The notes under the pieces are model-generated. The model worked only from the letters and a program-made list of their open reading frames with translations, was not told where the DNA came from and did no database searches. The position numbers and the translations under genes were made by a program. A DNA stretch of 64,000 nucleotides from Bacteroidales bacterium (lineage in GTDB: Bacteria > Bacteroidota > Bacteroidia > Bacteroidales > UBA12077): positions 4,302 through 68,301 of the forward strand of contig JAWLEB010000007.1 of the NCBI GenBank assembly GCA_041686375.1, in the 5' to 3' direction. Every line of letters begins with the position of its first letter. Within the stretch, counting starts at the first letter, position 1. Shown here one piece after another: positions 9,954 to 20,145 of this stretch.

Positions 9954-10601
9954 CTATTTCATGCCTATTGAATTGTTATAGTATTTGCAGACATCTCTAA
10001 TTCCACATTCAGCACATTTTGGTTTTCTGGCTGTACAAATATATCGCCCGTGTAAAATTAGCCAGTGGTGAGCTTTAGGTATTAAATCTTCAGGAATATA
10101 ACTTATGAGTTGCTTTTCTGCCTGAAGAGGATTTTTTGCATTATAGGTGAGTCCGATTCGGGCTGAAACTCTGAATACATGAGTGTCTACTGCCATTGTA
10201 GGTTTATTATAAACCACAGAAGCAATAACATTGGCCGATTTTCTTCCAACACCAGGTAGTTTTTGCAATTCTTTTACATCTTGTGGAACAATGCCACTGA
10301 ATTCTTCGGTAAGTGTTTTTGCCATTCCTATAAGGTGTTTTGTCTTATTATTTGGGTAAGAGCAGCTTTTAATGTACTCATAAACTTCAGAAATATCTGC
10401 TTCAGCAAGTTTTTGTGGTTCCGGGAAACGATCAATAAGTGGTGGAGTAATTATATTAACACGTTTGTCTGTACATTGTGCAGAGAGGATAACGGCAACA
10501 ATTAGTTCATAGGGATTTCTGTGAATAAGCTCCGTTTCTGCTATGGGATGATTTTCTTGAAAGTATTCCAGTACCTTATTGAATCTTTCTTTCCTTGTCA
10601 T
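9954..10601 (-). CDS. nth: Endonuclease III
   Basis: LSAQCTD, HhH motif LPGVGRKSA, VDTHV and the CxxxxxxCxxCxxxxxC Fe-S motif. Confidence 0.96.
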   Translation of the reverse strand: MTRKERFNKVLEYFQENHPIAETELIHRNPYELIVAVILSAQCTDKRVNIITPPLIDRFPEPQKLAEADISEVYEYIKSCSYPNNKTKHLIGMAKTLTEEFSGIVPQDVKELQKLPGVGRKSANVIASVVYNKPTMAVDTHVFRVSARIGLTYNAKNPLQAEKQLISYIPEDLIPKAHHWLILHGRYICTARKPKCAECGIRDVCKYYNNSIGMK

Positions 10602-10772
10602 ATAAAGACATTTATAATAGTTATATTTTTTTGTGTTCTATAAATCACGATTGGTATAATATTGCAAAACTTAAATTTTAACTAAAACAGGTGCCAGGTG
10701 TTCTCAGGCACAGATTCGAAAATTTTAGATTACTGTGTAAATCTGCTATAAAAATACAAGAAAATGGTAGAT

Positions 10773-12830
10773 TTATCTTGCTAAAGGGATATTAAAGTAG
10801 AATTTTGTCCCTTTGTTTTTTTCAGATTCAAACCATAGCTTACCATCCAGTATCTCTACAAAAGCCTTGGCGATAGTAAGTCCAACGCCAATTCCATAAT
10901 AGTTTCGGTTTAAACTTGTCTCAACTTGCATGAAACTTTCAAATATTAGTTCTTGATCATTTTTTGATATACCGATGCCTGTGTCCTCAACGAAAAAATG
11001 GATGTGAGAATTTTTTGTTTTGTAGCCAAACCTAATATGCCCTTCTTGAGTGAACTTAAGCGCATTGTTGCATAAAACCATAATAACCTTCCGTAGTTTA
11101 GTTTCATCAGTATAAATTATATTGGGTTCATCTTGATCAGGCTCAATAAGGATATTTACATCATTTTTCTTTTGGGAAACAATTTCCAGGTCAAATAGTT
11201 TTTTTAGTTCTTTGAGGAGTGCATTTATATCAAAATCCTTTTTAAAAACTTTTGTTTGCTGAGTTCTGATTTTTGCTATATCAATGATATCATCAATCGT
11301 TGTCAGTAAAGTTTTGGCATTTCGTTCAATTATATTTTTATATTTTTCTTTTTCTTGTTTTGAGATATCATCCTGTGCAAGGATTGCACTAAATCCTACA
11401 ATTCCATTAAGTGGAGTGCGTATCTCATGTGATATATTTCTCAAAAAATGGTCTTTCAATGCTTCTGAGTTTTCGGCTGTCTCTTTGGCCTGTTTTAGCT
11501 TTTTATTTAGTTGTTCCAGGTATGCTTTTTGTTGTTGTATTTCTCTGTTTTTTGCTCTTAGTGCTTTCCTGTTTTTTCTGCTTCGTATCAGGAAAAAGAG
11601 AAGTATGAAGGCAGTTACTAAAATTAAGATTGCAACTGCTATAATCAATTTGTTGATGGTCTTTTGTTTCTTTATTTGATCCTTTTGATTTTCATTGTAT
11701 TCTTTTTGCATATGGAGTTCATGCTGGAGGTTTTCTACTTCAATGATTTTTTTAACGCTATAGAGATTTTTGTAAAGTTCTGAGTATTTATGTAAGAATT
11801 GAGAGGCCTTTTTATAATTTTCTAGTGCATTGTATATTTCATACAGACCATAATATCCTTCCATCAGTTCCTTTTTGGCCGACTTATTCTCTGCATAATC
11901 GATAGCTTTCAGAAAATATTCTTCTGCTTGATTATACCGTTTTTGTTTTAATGAAAGTTTCCCCATTGCAACATTTGTTCTGCTTAATCCTAGTTTATCA
12001 TCTGTGTTTCTATTGAATTGCAGCGCAGTATCAAGTACATTTCTGGCTTTTTCATAATTCTCCAGCATTAAATAAATACGCCCCATATCTGCATATGATC
12101 TCCCGGCAGCTCTATAGTCCTCAGTTTTTATTTCCAGATTACTTCCTCTGTGGTAATATTGTAGCGCTTTTTCTAAATTCCCTTCTTTAAAAAATAATCT
12201 ACCCGTATTGGCATAAATTACTCCCATATATCGCTGATTATCGTATTTTTTTGCTAGTTCGATTGCATTGGAGAAATTTTCTTTTGCCTTGTCAAAATTC
12301 CTTAGTTCCAGGTATGTCAATCCAAGGATATTGTATACTTGGCTGTGGTCTACTGAATCTGCTTTATCAAGATTACGTTTTGCCTCCAGAATATGCTCCA
12401 GGGCATTGCTGTACCTTCCTGCTTCCCAATAATAATATGCTAGGGTTGGCAGATAAGACATGAAGCTCATATCATAATTATCCTTCTTAATAATCTTCCA
12501 GGCCTTATTCATGTATATAATTGCAGAATCCAGTTCTTGCTTATTCCTGTAATAAAGGCTGGTAAGGCGATATATTTCAGCACACAAACTATCGCTTTGA
12601 TATTTATCCGATTGTTTTTTTATACTGTCTAATAAATGTTTTGCTTTCTTTGTTTGATTGTTGTTAAGTAGGTTTCTTATTTCATCACTGTTTAAAGGCT
12701 TCTCATAATTCTGAGCAATTAATACGTTTATAAAGGAAAGAAAGGAAAAACTCAGGACTATAATTAATTTTAGAATAGGCATATTAATATTTTCAATTTG
12801 ATCTATTCTGCAAATTAAGAAAAATTTCAT
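10773..12830 (-). CDS. TPR-repeat membrane sensor histidine kinase (orphan)
   Basis: Periplasmic TPRs, a TM helix, H-box ISHEIRTPLN, NNALKFT, DTGIGI and GIGVGL. The true start may be the downstream M of MPILK. Confidence 0.9.
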   Translation of the reverse strand: MKFFLICRIDQIENINMPILKLIIVLSFSFLSFINVLIAQNYEKPLNSDEIRNLLNNNQTKKAKHLLDSIKKQSDKYQSDSLCAEIYRLTSLYYRNKQELDSAIIYMNKAWKIIKKDNYDMSFMSYLPTLAYYYWEAGRYSNALEHILEAKRNLDKADSVDHSQVYNILGLTYLELRNFDKAKENFSNAIELAKKYDNQRYMGVIYANTGRLFFKEGNLEKALQYYHRGSNLEIKTEDYRAAGRSYADMGRIYLMLENYEKARNVLDTALQFNRNTDDKLGLSRTNVAMGKLSLKQKRYNQAEEYFLKAIDYAENKSAKKELMEGYYGLYEIYNALENYKKASQFLHKYSELYKNLYSVKKIIEVENLQHELHMQKEYNENQKDQIKKQKTINKLIIAVAILILVTAFILLFFLIRSRKNRKALRAKNREIQQQKAYLEQLNKKLKQAKETAENSEALKDHFLRNISHEIRTPLNGIVGFSAILAQDDISKQEKEKYKNIIERNAKTLLTTIDDIIDIAKIRTQQTKVFKKDFDINALLKELKKLFDLEIVSQKKNDVNILIEPDQDEPNIIYTDETKLRKVIMVLCNNALKFTQEGHIRFGYKTKNSHIHFFVEDTGIGISKNDQELIFESFMQVETSLNRNYYGIGVGLTIAKAFVEILDGKLWFESEKNKGTKFYFNIPLAR

Positions 12831-12969
12831 GATTTAGTAATATATATGATGACGAATGAAATATTAATAAAGTTTAAATATTTTTTACTTTTGGTGATTA
12901 TATTTTATTTAATTGATTGCTAATTCAGAGGATATAATAAATTTTTATCCCAAATATAAAGGAGGCTGA

Positions 12970-14829
12970 ATGATAAGCTATCTTCAGGTTGAAGACCTGT
13001 CAAAATCTTTTGGAGACTTAACGCTTTTTAGGAATATTTCTTTCGGTATTGCCAAGGATGAAAAAGTTGCATTGATTGCCAAAAATGGAACAGGGAAAAC
13101 AACTTTACTGAATATAATCGCAGGCAAAGAGCACCTTGATAGCGGAGAAGTTATTTTCCGTAATGATATTAAACTGGGCTATCTCTCACAGGAACCAGAT
13201 ATGAATCCTGACCTTTCTGTTTTTGATTTTATTTTCAATACTTCTGATGAGATATTGAAAGCAATACAGAAATATGAAGAGGCTTTGAAACATCCTAGTG
13301 ATTCTCAGCTTAATGAAGCATTGGAATTAATGGAAAACCTGAATGCATGGGATTATGAGGTTAAAATAAAACAAATCCTGACAAAGTTGAACATTACCAA
13401 TTATAAGCAGAGAATCGGCACATTGTCTGGTGGAGAACAAAAACGTGTTGCCCTGGCTGCTGTTCTTATCAATGAGCCGGATTTTATCATCCTTGATGAA
13501 CCTACCAACCACCTTGATTTGCATATGATCGAGTGGCTGGAAGAATATTTGAAGAAATCCAATCTGACACTTTTCATGGTTACTCACGATCGGTATTTTC
13601 TGGATAGGGTGTGCAATGAAATTATAGAATTTGATGAGGGTGAAATCTACAGATATTCAGGAAATTATTCTTACTTTTTGAAAAAAAGGGAAGAAAGAAT
13701 TTATAATCAGAAGGCAGAAGTTAACAAGGCTAAAAACTTGTTAAGGAAAGAAGAGGATTGGGTAAAGCGTATGCCTAAGGCAAGAGGGACGAAAGCTAAA
13801 TACCGAGTTGATAAATATCATGACCTGAAGGATAAAGCTTCACAAAAAAGAAATGATGAAAAACTGAACTTGGATGTAGAAGCCACAAGAATGGGCAAGA
13901 AAATCATAAACCTGAAAAACTTATATAAGTCTTTTGGCGAAAATGTTTTTGTACGGGATTTTACATATAATTTTTCTCGTTTTGAAAAGGTGGGAATAGT
14001 AGGCCCTAATGGTTGCGGAAAAACTACTTTGTTAAATTTGCTTACTGGTCTGGAAAAGCCTGATTCAGGAATAATTGAGGCGGGAGAAACAATAAAAACA
14101 GGATATTACAAACAGGAGGGCATCAGATTTGATGAAGAGCAACGCGTTATTGATACCGTTCAGGAGATTGCAGATAGTATAGACATGGGAGATGGCCGGG
14201 TATTTTCTGCAAAGCAGTTTCTACGTTATTTTCTTTTTGACGATAAAAAGCAATATGTAAAAGTTGCAAAATTAAGTGGAGGAGAAAAAAGACGTTTATA
14301 CCTTCTTACTGTGTTAATGAATAAACCCAACTTTCTGATATTAGACGAACCAACCAATGATTTGGACGTTATGACATTGGGCGTATTAGAAGAATATTTA
14401 GCCAGTTTCAATGGTTGTGTGGTAATTGTGAGCCATGACAGGTATTTTCTGGATAATATCGTTGATCATCTTTTTGTTTTTCAGGGAGGTGGCATAATAA
14501 AAGATTTTCCGGGGAATTATACACAATACAGAAAATCGATTAAAGACTCTTTTGTAGAAGAAACGGTAAACGTTAAAAAGCAAAAGAAGCAACCTGTTAC
14601 AAACCGTAAAAAGTCTGTTTCTTTTAAAGTTAAACAAGAGTACCAGCAATTAGGGGTGGAAATCGAAAAGCTGGAACAAGAAAGAAAACAATTGGAGAAA
14701 GAGTTGAGTGCAGGGAATCTTGACAATGAAAAGATGGTGGAAAAGTCAAACCGTATTGGCGAATTGATGAAACTTATAGATGAAAAAACAGAACGTTGGT
14801 TTGAATTAAGTGAAATAATGGATTTTTAG
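12970..14829 (+). CDS. ABC-F family ATP-binding protein (Uup-like)
   Basis: Two NBDs (GTGKTT/LSGGE/DEPTN twice), no TM segments, C-terminal coiled coil. Confidence 0.92.
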   Translation: MISYLQVEDLSKSFGDLTLFRNISFGIAKDEKVALIAKNGTGKTTLLNIIAGKEHLDSGEVIFRNDIKLGYLSQEPDMNPDLSVFDFIFNTSDEILKAIQKYEEALKHPSDSQLNEALELMENLNAWDYEVKIKQILTKLNITNYKQRIGTLSGGEQKRVALAAVLINEPDFIILDEPTNHLDLHMIEWLEEYLKKSNLTLFMVTHDRYFLDRVCNEIIEFDEGEIYRYSGNYSYFLKKREERIYNQKAEVNKAKNLLRKEEDWVKRMPKARGTKAKYRVDKYHDLKDKASQKRNDEKLNLDVEATRMGKKIINLKNLYKSFGENVFVRDFTYNFSRFEKVGIVGPNGCGKTTLLNLLTGLEKPDSGIIEAGETIKTGYYKQEGIRFDEEQRVIDTVQEIADSIDMGDGRVFSAKQFLRYFLFDDKKQYVKVAKLSGGEKRRLYLLTVLMNKPNFLILDEPTNDLDVMTLGVLEEYLASFNGCVVIVSHDRYFLDNIVDHLFVFQGGGIIKDFPGNYTQYRKSIKDSFVEETVNVKKQKKQPVTNRKKSVSFKVKQEYQQLGVEIEKLEQERKQLEKELSAGNLDNEKMVEKSNRIGELMKLIDEKTERWFELSEIMDF

Positions 14830-14842
14830 TATATTTTGAGAA

Positions 14843-15688
14843 ATGGACAAATATTTAATTGATAAACTACGAGAAAGGGAAAAAGAACTTAACTGTCTTT
14901 ACAATATTCATGAAATATTGCGGGATGAGGGATCTCCGTTGGATGTGGTTCTTAGAAAGGTGGTTGCGAAAATTCCGGATGGATGGCAATTCCCTGGAAT
15001 TTGTATGGCGAGGATTGAATGTAATGATATTGCAGTCACAACCCCTGGCTTTTACAAAACCAAATGGTCTCAAGATGGCGATATAATTGTAGAAGGACAG
15101 AAGATTGGCAAAATTTCGGTCTTTTATAAGGAAGATGTAAGTGATGAAAATAATCCCTTATTCCTTGCAGAAGAGCAACAGCTTTTAAATGCTATTGCCG
15201 GACAAATTTCTCAATACTTATTTAACAGAAAATTAAAACAAACTCTTAGTTTTTTAAATAATCAGGAAAAGGGTTTCCCTGAACAAAATCAACTGTTACA
15301 ATTGTGTTCAGGAGAACATTGGCAATGGAGATTGGAAATGGCACAGTATATTGCTGACGTGACAGATTTCGAATATTACGGTGTTGAAGCACTATATATT
15401 ATTGGGAGTGTAAAAGATGCTACTGCAGGCCCCAAAAGCGATCTTGATTTATTAGTGCATTTTGAAGGTAGTGAGGAAAAGAAGAAATTATTCAAGGCCT
15501 ATATGAAAGGATGGGGCTTGTGCCTTGCAAAACTGAATGCCGAAAAAACGGGTATACGAATTAAGGAAGGACTGATTGATCTTCATTTTGTGACTTCTTC
15601 AGAAATTAAGAATAAAACCAATAGTTTTGCAGTTATGGTAACCAGCTACAATAATTCAGCCCGGCTTTTAAAGAAAAAGAAAGTTTAG
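14843..15688 (+). CDS. GAF-like sensor domain fused to a Pol-beta-type nucleotidyltransferase domain
   Basis: N-terminal EREKELNCLY...GWQFP...FLAEEQQLL module; C-terminal GS-x10-DLD motif (IIGSVKDATAGPKSDLDLL). Confidence 0.7.
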   Translation: MDKYLIDKLREREKELNCLYNIHEILRDEGSPLDVVLRKVVAKIPDGWQFPGICMARIECNDIAVTTPGFYKTKWSQDGDIIVEGQKIGKISVFYKEDVSDENNPLFLAEEQQLLNAIAGQISQYLFNRKLKQTLSFLNNQEKGFPEQNQLLQLCSGEHWQWRLEMAQYIADVTDFEYYGVEALYIIGSVKDATAGPKSDLDLLVHFEGSEEKKKLFKAYMKGWGLCLAKLNAEKTGIRIKEGLIDLHFVTSSEIKNKTNSFAVMVTSYNNSARLLKKKKV

Positions 15689-15692
15689 TTAT

Positions 15693-16544
15693 ATGTATTG
15701 TTATTTTGTCTCTGATTTGCACGGTAAAAAGGAATTGTATGAAAAGCTCTTTTCCAGGATATTAGCCAAGCCTCCTGAGGTAGTGTTTTTTGGTGGAGAT
15801 TTACTTGCTCATGGGTATTTAGAAGGAAGTGTTAACGAGCGGGATTTTATTAACAATTTCTTATTTGAGCAGTTTTCTGAAATTAAAGAAAAGCTTAAAG
15901 ATAATTATCCCAAAATTTTTATAATACTGGGAAATGATGATCCCAGGATACATGAAACAAAATTGAAGAATATTGAAAGCAGATATAATTTGTGGATCTA
16001 CCTCAATGAGCGGGTTTTTGAATATAATAACTACAATATTATTGGATATTCCTATGTACCCCCTACACCGTTTGGGTTGAAAGACTGGGAAAAATATGAT
16101 GTATCACGGTATGTAGATCCGGGATGTTCTCATCCTTTTGAAGGTATGAGGACTGTTAAACCGGACTATGACACGGAGTTTGCCAATATTAAACAAGACC
16201 TTTGTAAATTGTCTCATGACATTGATAAGAAAAATACAATTTTCTTATTTCACTCTCCCCCTTACAAAACAAATCTTGACAGAGCTGCGCTTGATGGCAA
16301 AATGATTGATTACGTCCCCCTGGATGTACATGTTGGTAGCATCGCTATTCAACGATTTATAGAGGAAGAACAGCCTTTGTTAACTTTGCATGGTCATGTT
16401 CATGAATCTTCTTCCATTACGGGTGATTGGCAGGATAAATTAGGAGAAACTTATGCTTTTAGCGCTGCATATGATGACAATAAGCTTGCCCTCATAGAAT
16501 TTGATACGTTTGACTTAGTCAGTGCGAAGAGAATTTTGATATAA
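15693..16544 (+). CDS. Calcineurin-like metallophosphoesterase
   Basis: SDLHG, GGDL, GNDD, HSPP and HGHVHE motifs. Confidence 0.88.
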   Translation: MYCYFVSDLHGKKELYEKLFSRILAKPPEVVFFGGDLLAHGYLEGSVNERDFINNFLFEQFSEIKEKLKDNYPKIFIILGNDDPRIHETKLKNIESRYNLWIYLNERVFEYNNYNIIGYSYVPPTPFGLKDWEKYDVSRYVDPGCSHPFEGMRTVKPDYDTEFANIKQDLCKLSHDIDKKNTIFLFHSPPYKTNLDRAALDGKMIDYVPLDVHVGSIAIQRFIEEEQPLLTLHGHVHESSSITGDWQDKLGETYAFSAAYDDNKLALIEFDTFDLVSAKRILI

Positions 16545-16630
16545 ACATTTTGTAGTTATAGAATTCCTATGAACAAACATCTGGATATTATTGTCATAGG
16601 TATTTAATTGCAAGCTGAAAAATTTATATT

Positions 16631-16638
16631 TAAATTTG
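16631..16638 (+). promoter_or_regulatory. Bacteroidota sigma-A -7 element (TAnnTTTG) for thrS
   Basis: TAAATTTG, with a TTG 20 bp upstream, located 36 bp before the ATG at 16674. Confidence 0.6.
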
Positions 16639-16673
16639 CAGATTTTGATTTTAAAACAGTTCAAAATAATACT

Positions 16674-18620
16674 ATGATAAAGATTAGTTTACCTGATAAT
16701 TCCGTTATGGAATTTGAGGAAGGAGTAACTGGCTTAGAGATAGCCCAAGCGATTAGTTCAGGATTAGCCAAGGAAGTATTGGCTATTTCTGTCGATGACG
16801 AAGTTTGGGATTTACACCGACCAATCAATAAAGATGCTAAAATTAAATTGCATAAATGGAATGATGAAGAAGGGAAACATGCATTCTGGCATTCTTCAGC
16901 ACATCTAATGGCTGAAGCTTTAGAGAAGTTATATCCGGGTATTAAATTCGGAATTGGCCCAAGCATTGAATATGGGTTTTATTATGATGTAGACCCAGGC
17001 GGTTGGACAATTACGGATGCAGAGTTGCCGGCGATTGAGAAAAAGATGAAGGAGCTTGCCAGTCAAAAGCAAGAATATGTCAGGGAAGAAGTAACCAAAA
17101 AACGTGCCCTTGAATATTACAGGAAGAAAGGTGATGAATATAAAGTTGAGCTGATTAAAGAACTGGAGGACGGTACAATATCATTCTATAAAAATGGCGA
17201 TTTTACAGACCTTTGCCGAGGACCCCATTTACCTCACACAGGATATATAAAAGCCATTAAGTTATTGTCTGTAGCTGGAGCATACTGGCGTGGAGACGAA
17301 AATAGTAAGCAATTGACCAGGATATATGGTATTACTTTCCCAAAGCAAAAAATGCTTGATGAATATCTAAAGATGCTTGAAGAAGCGAAAAAAAGAGATC
17401 ATCGTAAGCTTGGGAAGGAACTGGAACTTTTTGCTTTTTCACAAAAAGTCGGTCAGGGATTACCTCTATGGCTGCCAAAAGGAGCACAACTAAGAGAACG
17501 ATTGGAGAATTTCCTGAAAAAAATACAAAAGGAATATGGATATAATCAGGTTATTTCTCCGCATATTGGGCAGAAAGAATTATATGTAACATCAGGTCAC
17601 TATGAGAAATATGGTCATGATTCTTTTCAGCCAATTAATACTCCTGCTGAAGGAGAGGAGTTTCTCTTAAAACCGATGAATTGCCCTCACCATTGTGAAA
17701 TTTTTAAGCATTTCCAGTTCTCCTACAAAGATCTTCCAGTCCGATATGCTGAATTCGGTACAGTCTACAGATATGAACAAAGTGGAGAGTTGCATGGGCT
17801 TACAAGAGTTCGAGGTTTCACCCAGGACGATGCACATATATTTTGTCGACCAGATCAGTTGAAAGAGGAATTTATAAAGGTAATCGATATTATCTTAAAA
17901 ATATTCCGTGCATTACAGTTTGAAAATTATACAGTACAAGTCTCTTTAAGAGACCCTGAGCGTAAAGAGGATTACATTGGCAGTGATGAAAACTGGGAAA
18001 AATCTGAGAAGGCAATACTAGAGGCAGTCAAAGAAAAAGAACTGGAAATAAATGTTGAATACGGAGAGGCTGCCTTTTATGGACCTAAACTGGACTTTAT
18101 GGTTAAAGATGTCTTAAACAGAAAGTGGCAACTTGGAACCATCCAGGTTGATTACAATTTGCCTGAAAGATTTGACCTTGAGTATGTTGGAGCTGATAAC
18201 CAAAAGCACAGACCAGTTATGATCCACAGGGCCCCTTTTGGTTCAATGGAAAGATTTGTTGCCGTTCTTATTGAACACACTGCCGGGAAATTTCCATTAT
18301 GGTTGACACCTGAGCAGATTGTCGTATTGCCCATTAGTGATAAATTTAACGATTATGCGAAAAATGTTTCAAATTTCCTGAATAATTACGATATTCGTAG
18401 CATCGTTGATTTGAGAAATGAGAAAGTAGGAAAGAAAATACGTGATAATGAATTGAAAAAGATACCCTATTTGCTTATTGTAGGGGAGAAAGAAGTTGAA
18501 AGTGAGCAGGTTTCAATACGCAGGCAGGGGGTGGGTGATAAAGGTGCTATGCCTTTAAAGGAGTTTAAAGATTATATTATTAATGAAATTAATGAACAAC
18601 TTGATTTTATCAATCAATAA
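16674..18620 (+). CDS. thrS: Threonine--tRNA ligase
   Basis: TGS domain start [30 protein letters not shown] and [14 protein letters not shown] at 16674 preferred over TTG at 16608. Confidence 0.97.
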   Translation: MIKISLPDNSVMEFEEGVTGLEIAQAISSGLAKEVLAISVDDEVWDLHRPINKDAKIKLHKWNDEEGKHAFWHSSAHLMAEALEKLYPGIKFGIGPSIEYGFYYDVDPGGWTITDAELPAIEKKMKELASQKQEYVREEVTKKRALEYYRKKGDEYKVELIKELEDGTISFYKNGDFTDLCRGPHLPHTGYIKAIKLLSVAGAYWRGDENSKQLTRIYGITFPKQKMLDEYLKMLEEAKKRDHRKLGKELELFAFSQKVGQGLPLWLPKGAQLRERLENFLKKIQKEYGYNQVISPHIGQKELYVTSGHYEKYGHDSFQPINTPAEGEEFLLKPMNCPHHCEIFKHFQFSYKDLPVRYAEFGTVYRYEQSGELHGLTRVRGFTQDDAHIFCRPDQLKEEFIKVIDIILKIFRALQFENYTVQVSLRDPERKEDYIGSDENWEKSEKAILEAVKEKELEINVEYGEAAFYGPKLDFMVKDVLNRKWQLGTIQVDYNLPERFDLEYVGADNQKHRPVMIHRAPFGSMERFVAVLIEHTAGKFPLWLTPEQIVVLPISDKFNDYAKNVSNFLNNYDIRSIVDLRNEKVGKKIRDNELKKIPYLLIVGEKEVESEQVSIRRQGVGDKGAMPLKEFKDYIINEINEQLDFINQ

Positions 18621-18625
18621 TTTTA

Positions 18626-18633
18626 TATATTTG
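18626..18633 (+). promoter_or_regulatory. Bacteroidota -7 promoter element for infC-rpmI-rplT
   Basis: TATATTTG immediately after the thrS stop and 32 bp before the ATA start. Confidence 0.6.
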
Positions 18634-18665
18634 CAAACCAAAACAAAAATAAGGAGGACAGAAGT

Positions 18666-19226
18666 ATAGCAAAAAAAAGAACAAAAAACCAGAATCAACA
18701 ACTCAGATATCGAATCAATGAAGATATAAGAGCTAAAGAAGTAAGAGTTGTTGGAGATAACGTTGATAATCCGGGTGTTTATGCTCTGTCAGAGGCTCTT
18801 AAAATGGCAGATAAACAGAATCTTGATTTGGTAGAAGTCTCACCCAAAGCTGTTCCACCGGTATGTAAAATAATTGATTATCAAAAGTTTCTTTATCAGC
18901 AAAAAAAGAAACAAAAAGAATTAAAGAACAAAACTTCGAAAGTTGTACTGAAAGAACTCCGATTTGGACCAAACACAGATGAGCATGATTATAATTTTAA
19001 ACTTAATCATGCAAAGAAGTTTTTACAGGAGGGTGCGAAAGTAAAGGCTTTTGTGTTCTTTAAAGGGCGTTCAATAATTTTTAAAGAACAGGGAGAAATT
19101 TTATTGCTGAGATTGGCACGTGATTTGGAAGAATATGGAACAGTTGAAAAAATGCCAAAGCTGGAAGGCAAAAGAATGACTATGTTTATTGCACCCAGGG
19201 CATCAAAGAAGAAAAGTTCACAATAA
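18666..19226 (+). CDS. infC: Translation initiation factor IF-3, with non-canonical ATA start
   Basis: The frame extends upstream of 18804 through the conserved [15 protein letters not shown] to ATA at 18666, preceded by AAGGAGG (18651-18657). Confidence 0.92.
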   Translation: MAKKRTKNQNQQLRYRINEDIRAKEVRVVGDNVDNPGVYALSEALKMADKQNLDLVEVSPKAVPPVCKIIDYQKFLYQQKKKQKELKNKTSKVVLKELRFGPNTDEHDYNFKLNHAKKFLQEGAKVKAFVFFKGRSIIFKEQGEILLLRLARDLEEYGTVEKMPKLEGKRMTMFIAPRASKKKSSQ

Positions 19227-19250
19227 TAGCTAAAATAAAAATTGAGTATT

Positions 19251-19448
19251 ATGCCAAAATTAAGAAGGAACCCTGGAGCAAAAAAGAGATTTTCAATAAC
19301 AGGCTCAGGGAAAATTAGACGAAAAAGTCCTTACAAAAGCCACTTATTGACCAAGAAGACAAAAAAACAAAAGCGTAATCTTGGATATTATAAGGAAGTC
19401 CACCAAAGCGACCGAAATAATGTCAAAGAATTATTGGGTCTTAAGTAA
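19251..19448 (+). CDS. rpmI: 50S ribosomal protein bL35
   Basis: MPKL...GAKKRF..TGSGKI...HLLTKK; lies between infC and rplT. Confidence 0.95.
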   Translation: MPKLRRNPGAKKRFSITGSGKIRRKSPYKSHLLTKKTKKQKRNLGYYKEVHQSDRNNVKELLGLK

Positions 19449-19471
19449 AGTCATTAAATTAATGTTTAACC

Positions 19472-19521
19472 GAGTATTTTAGCTGAAAGAGCCTTTATTT
19501 TTCAAAGGCCGCTAAGTATTC
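19472..19521 (+). ncRNA. Candidate cis-regulatory ribosomal leader hairpin upstream of rplT
   Basis: Nested stems GAGTAT/GTATTC, TTAGC/GCTAA and GCCTTT/AAAGGC with a purine-rich internal loop. Confidence 0.5.
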
Positions 19522-19536
19522 AAAAAAATCAAAATT

Positions 19537-19884
19537 ATGCCAAGAGCAACAAATTCAGTAGCCTCAAGAAAAAGAAGAAAAAAAATACTTAAACAGGCAA
19601 AAGGGTATTTTGGGGCAAGAAAGAATGTTTACACTGTAGCAAAAAATGCTGTAGAAAAAGGATTACTTTATTCTTATAGAGACAGAAGGAAGAAAAAAGG
19701 CAATTTTCGTAAACTTTGGATTCAGCGGATTAATGCAGGAGCAAGACAACACGGTATGTCTTACTCAGAATTTATGGGAAAATTAAAAGCAAAAGGAATT
19801 GATCTTAACAGAAAAGCTTTGGCGGATTTAGCCATGAATAATCCCGAGGCTTTTAAAGCTGTTGTTGAAGAGGTAAAGGCCTGA
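19537..19884 (+). CDS. rplT: 50S ribosomal protein bL20
   Basis: [22 protein letters not shown] and [10 protein letters not shown] motifs. Confidence 0.97.
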   Translation: MPRATNSVASRKRRKKILKQAKGYFGARKNVYTVAKNAVEKGLLYSYRDRRKKKGNFRKLWIQRINAGARQHGMSYSEFMGKLKAKGIDLNRKALADLAMNNPEAFKAVVEEVKA

Positions 19885-19916
19885 TGAAATTTCTCCAAAA
19901 ACAATAAAATTATTAC

Positions 19917-19945
19917 AGGGGAGGCAAATGCTTTCCCTTTTTTAT
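19917..19945 (+). terminator. Intrinsic terminator after rplT
   Basis: Hairpin AGGGGAGGC-AAAT-GCTTTCCCT followed by a T tract. Confidence 0.8.
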
Positions 19946-20145
19946 TTGTTTAACCAGTATTCTCTTAAAATATTATTAAATTAGCAAGTTTGTCAATAAT
20001 AAATTATTTTTATGAACCCCTATCTACCAGAGTACACAAAGGCATATGCATAGATCACGGGGGTCTGTGGTTTTTAGTATCAACAAACGTTGACTTTTGT
20101 AGCAATAAGTCTCAGAGAATAAACTAATAATCAAACTTTATCCAA

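Noticed and set aside
14843-16544. Reading the NTase-phosphoesterase pair as CBASS or an MNT-HEPN toxin-antitoxin system
   Set aside because: The NTase is minimal and sensor-fused with no CD-NTase C-lobe, and there is no HEPN, Cap effector or defence-island context.
16608-16673. TTG-started N-terminal extension of thrS
   Set aside because: It overlaps the predicted promoter, and the TGS domain begins at ATG 16674.
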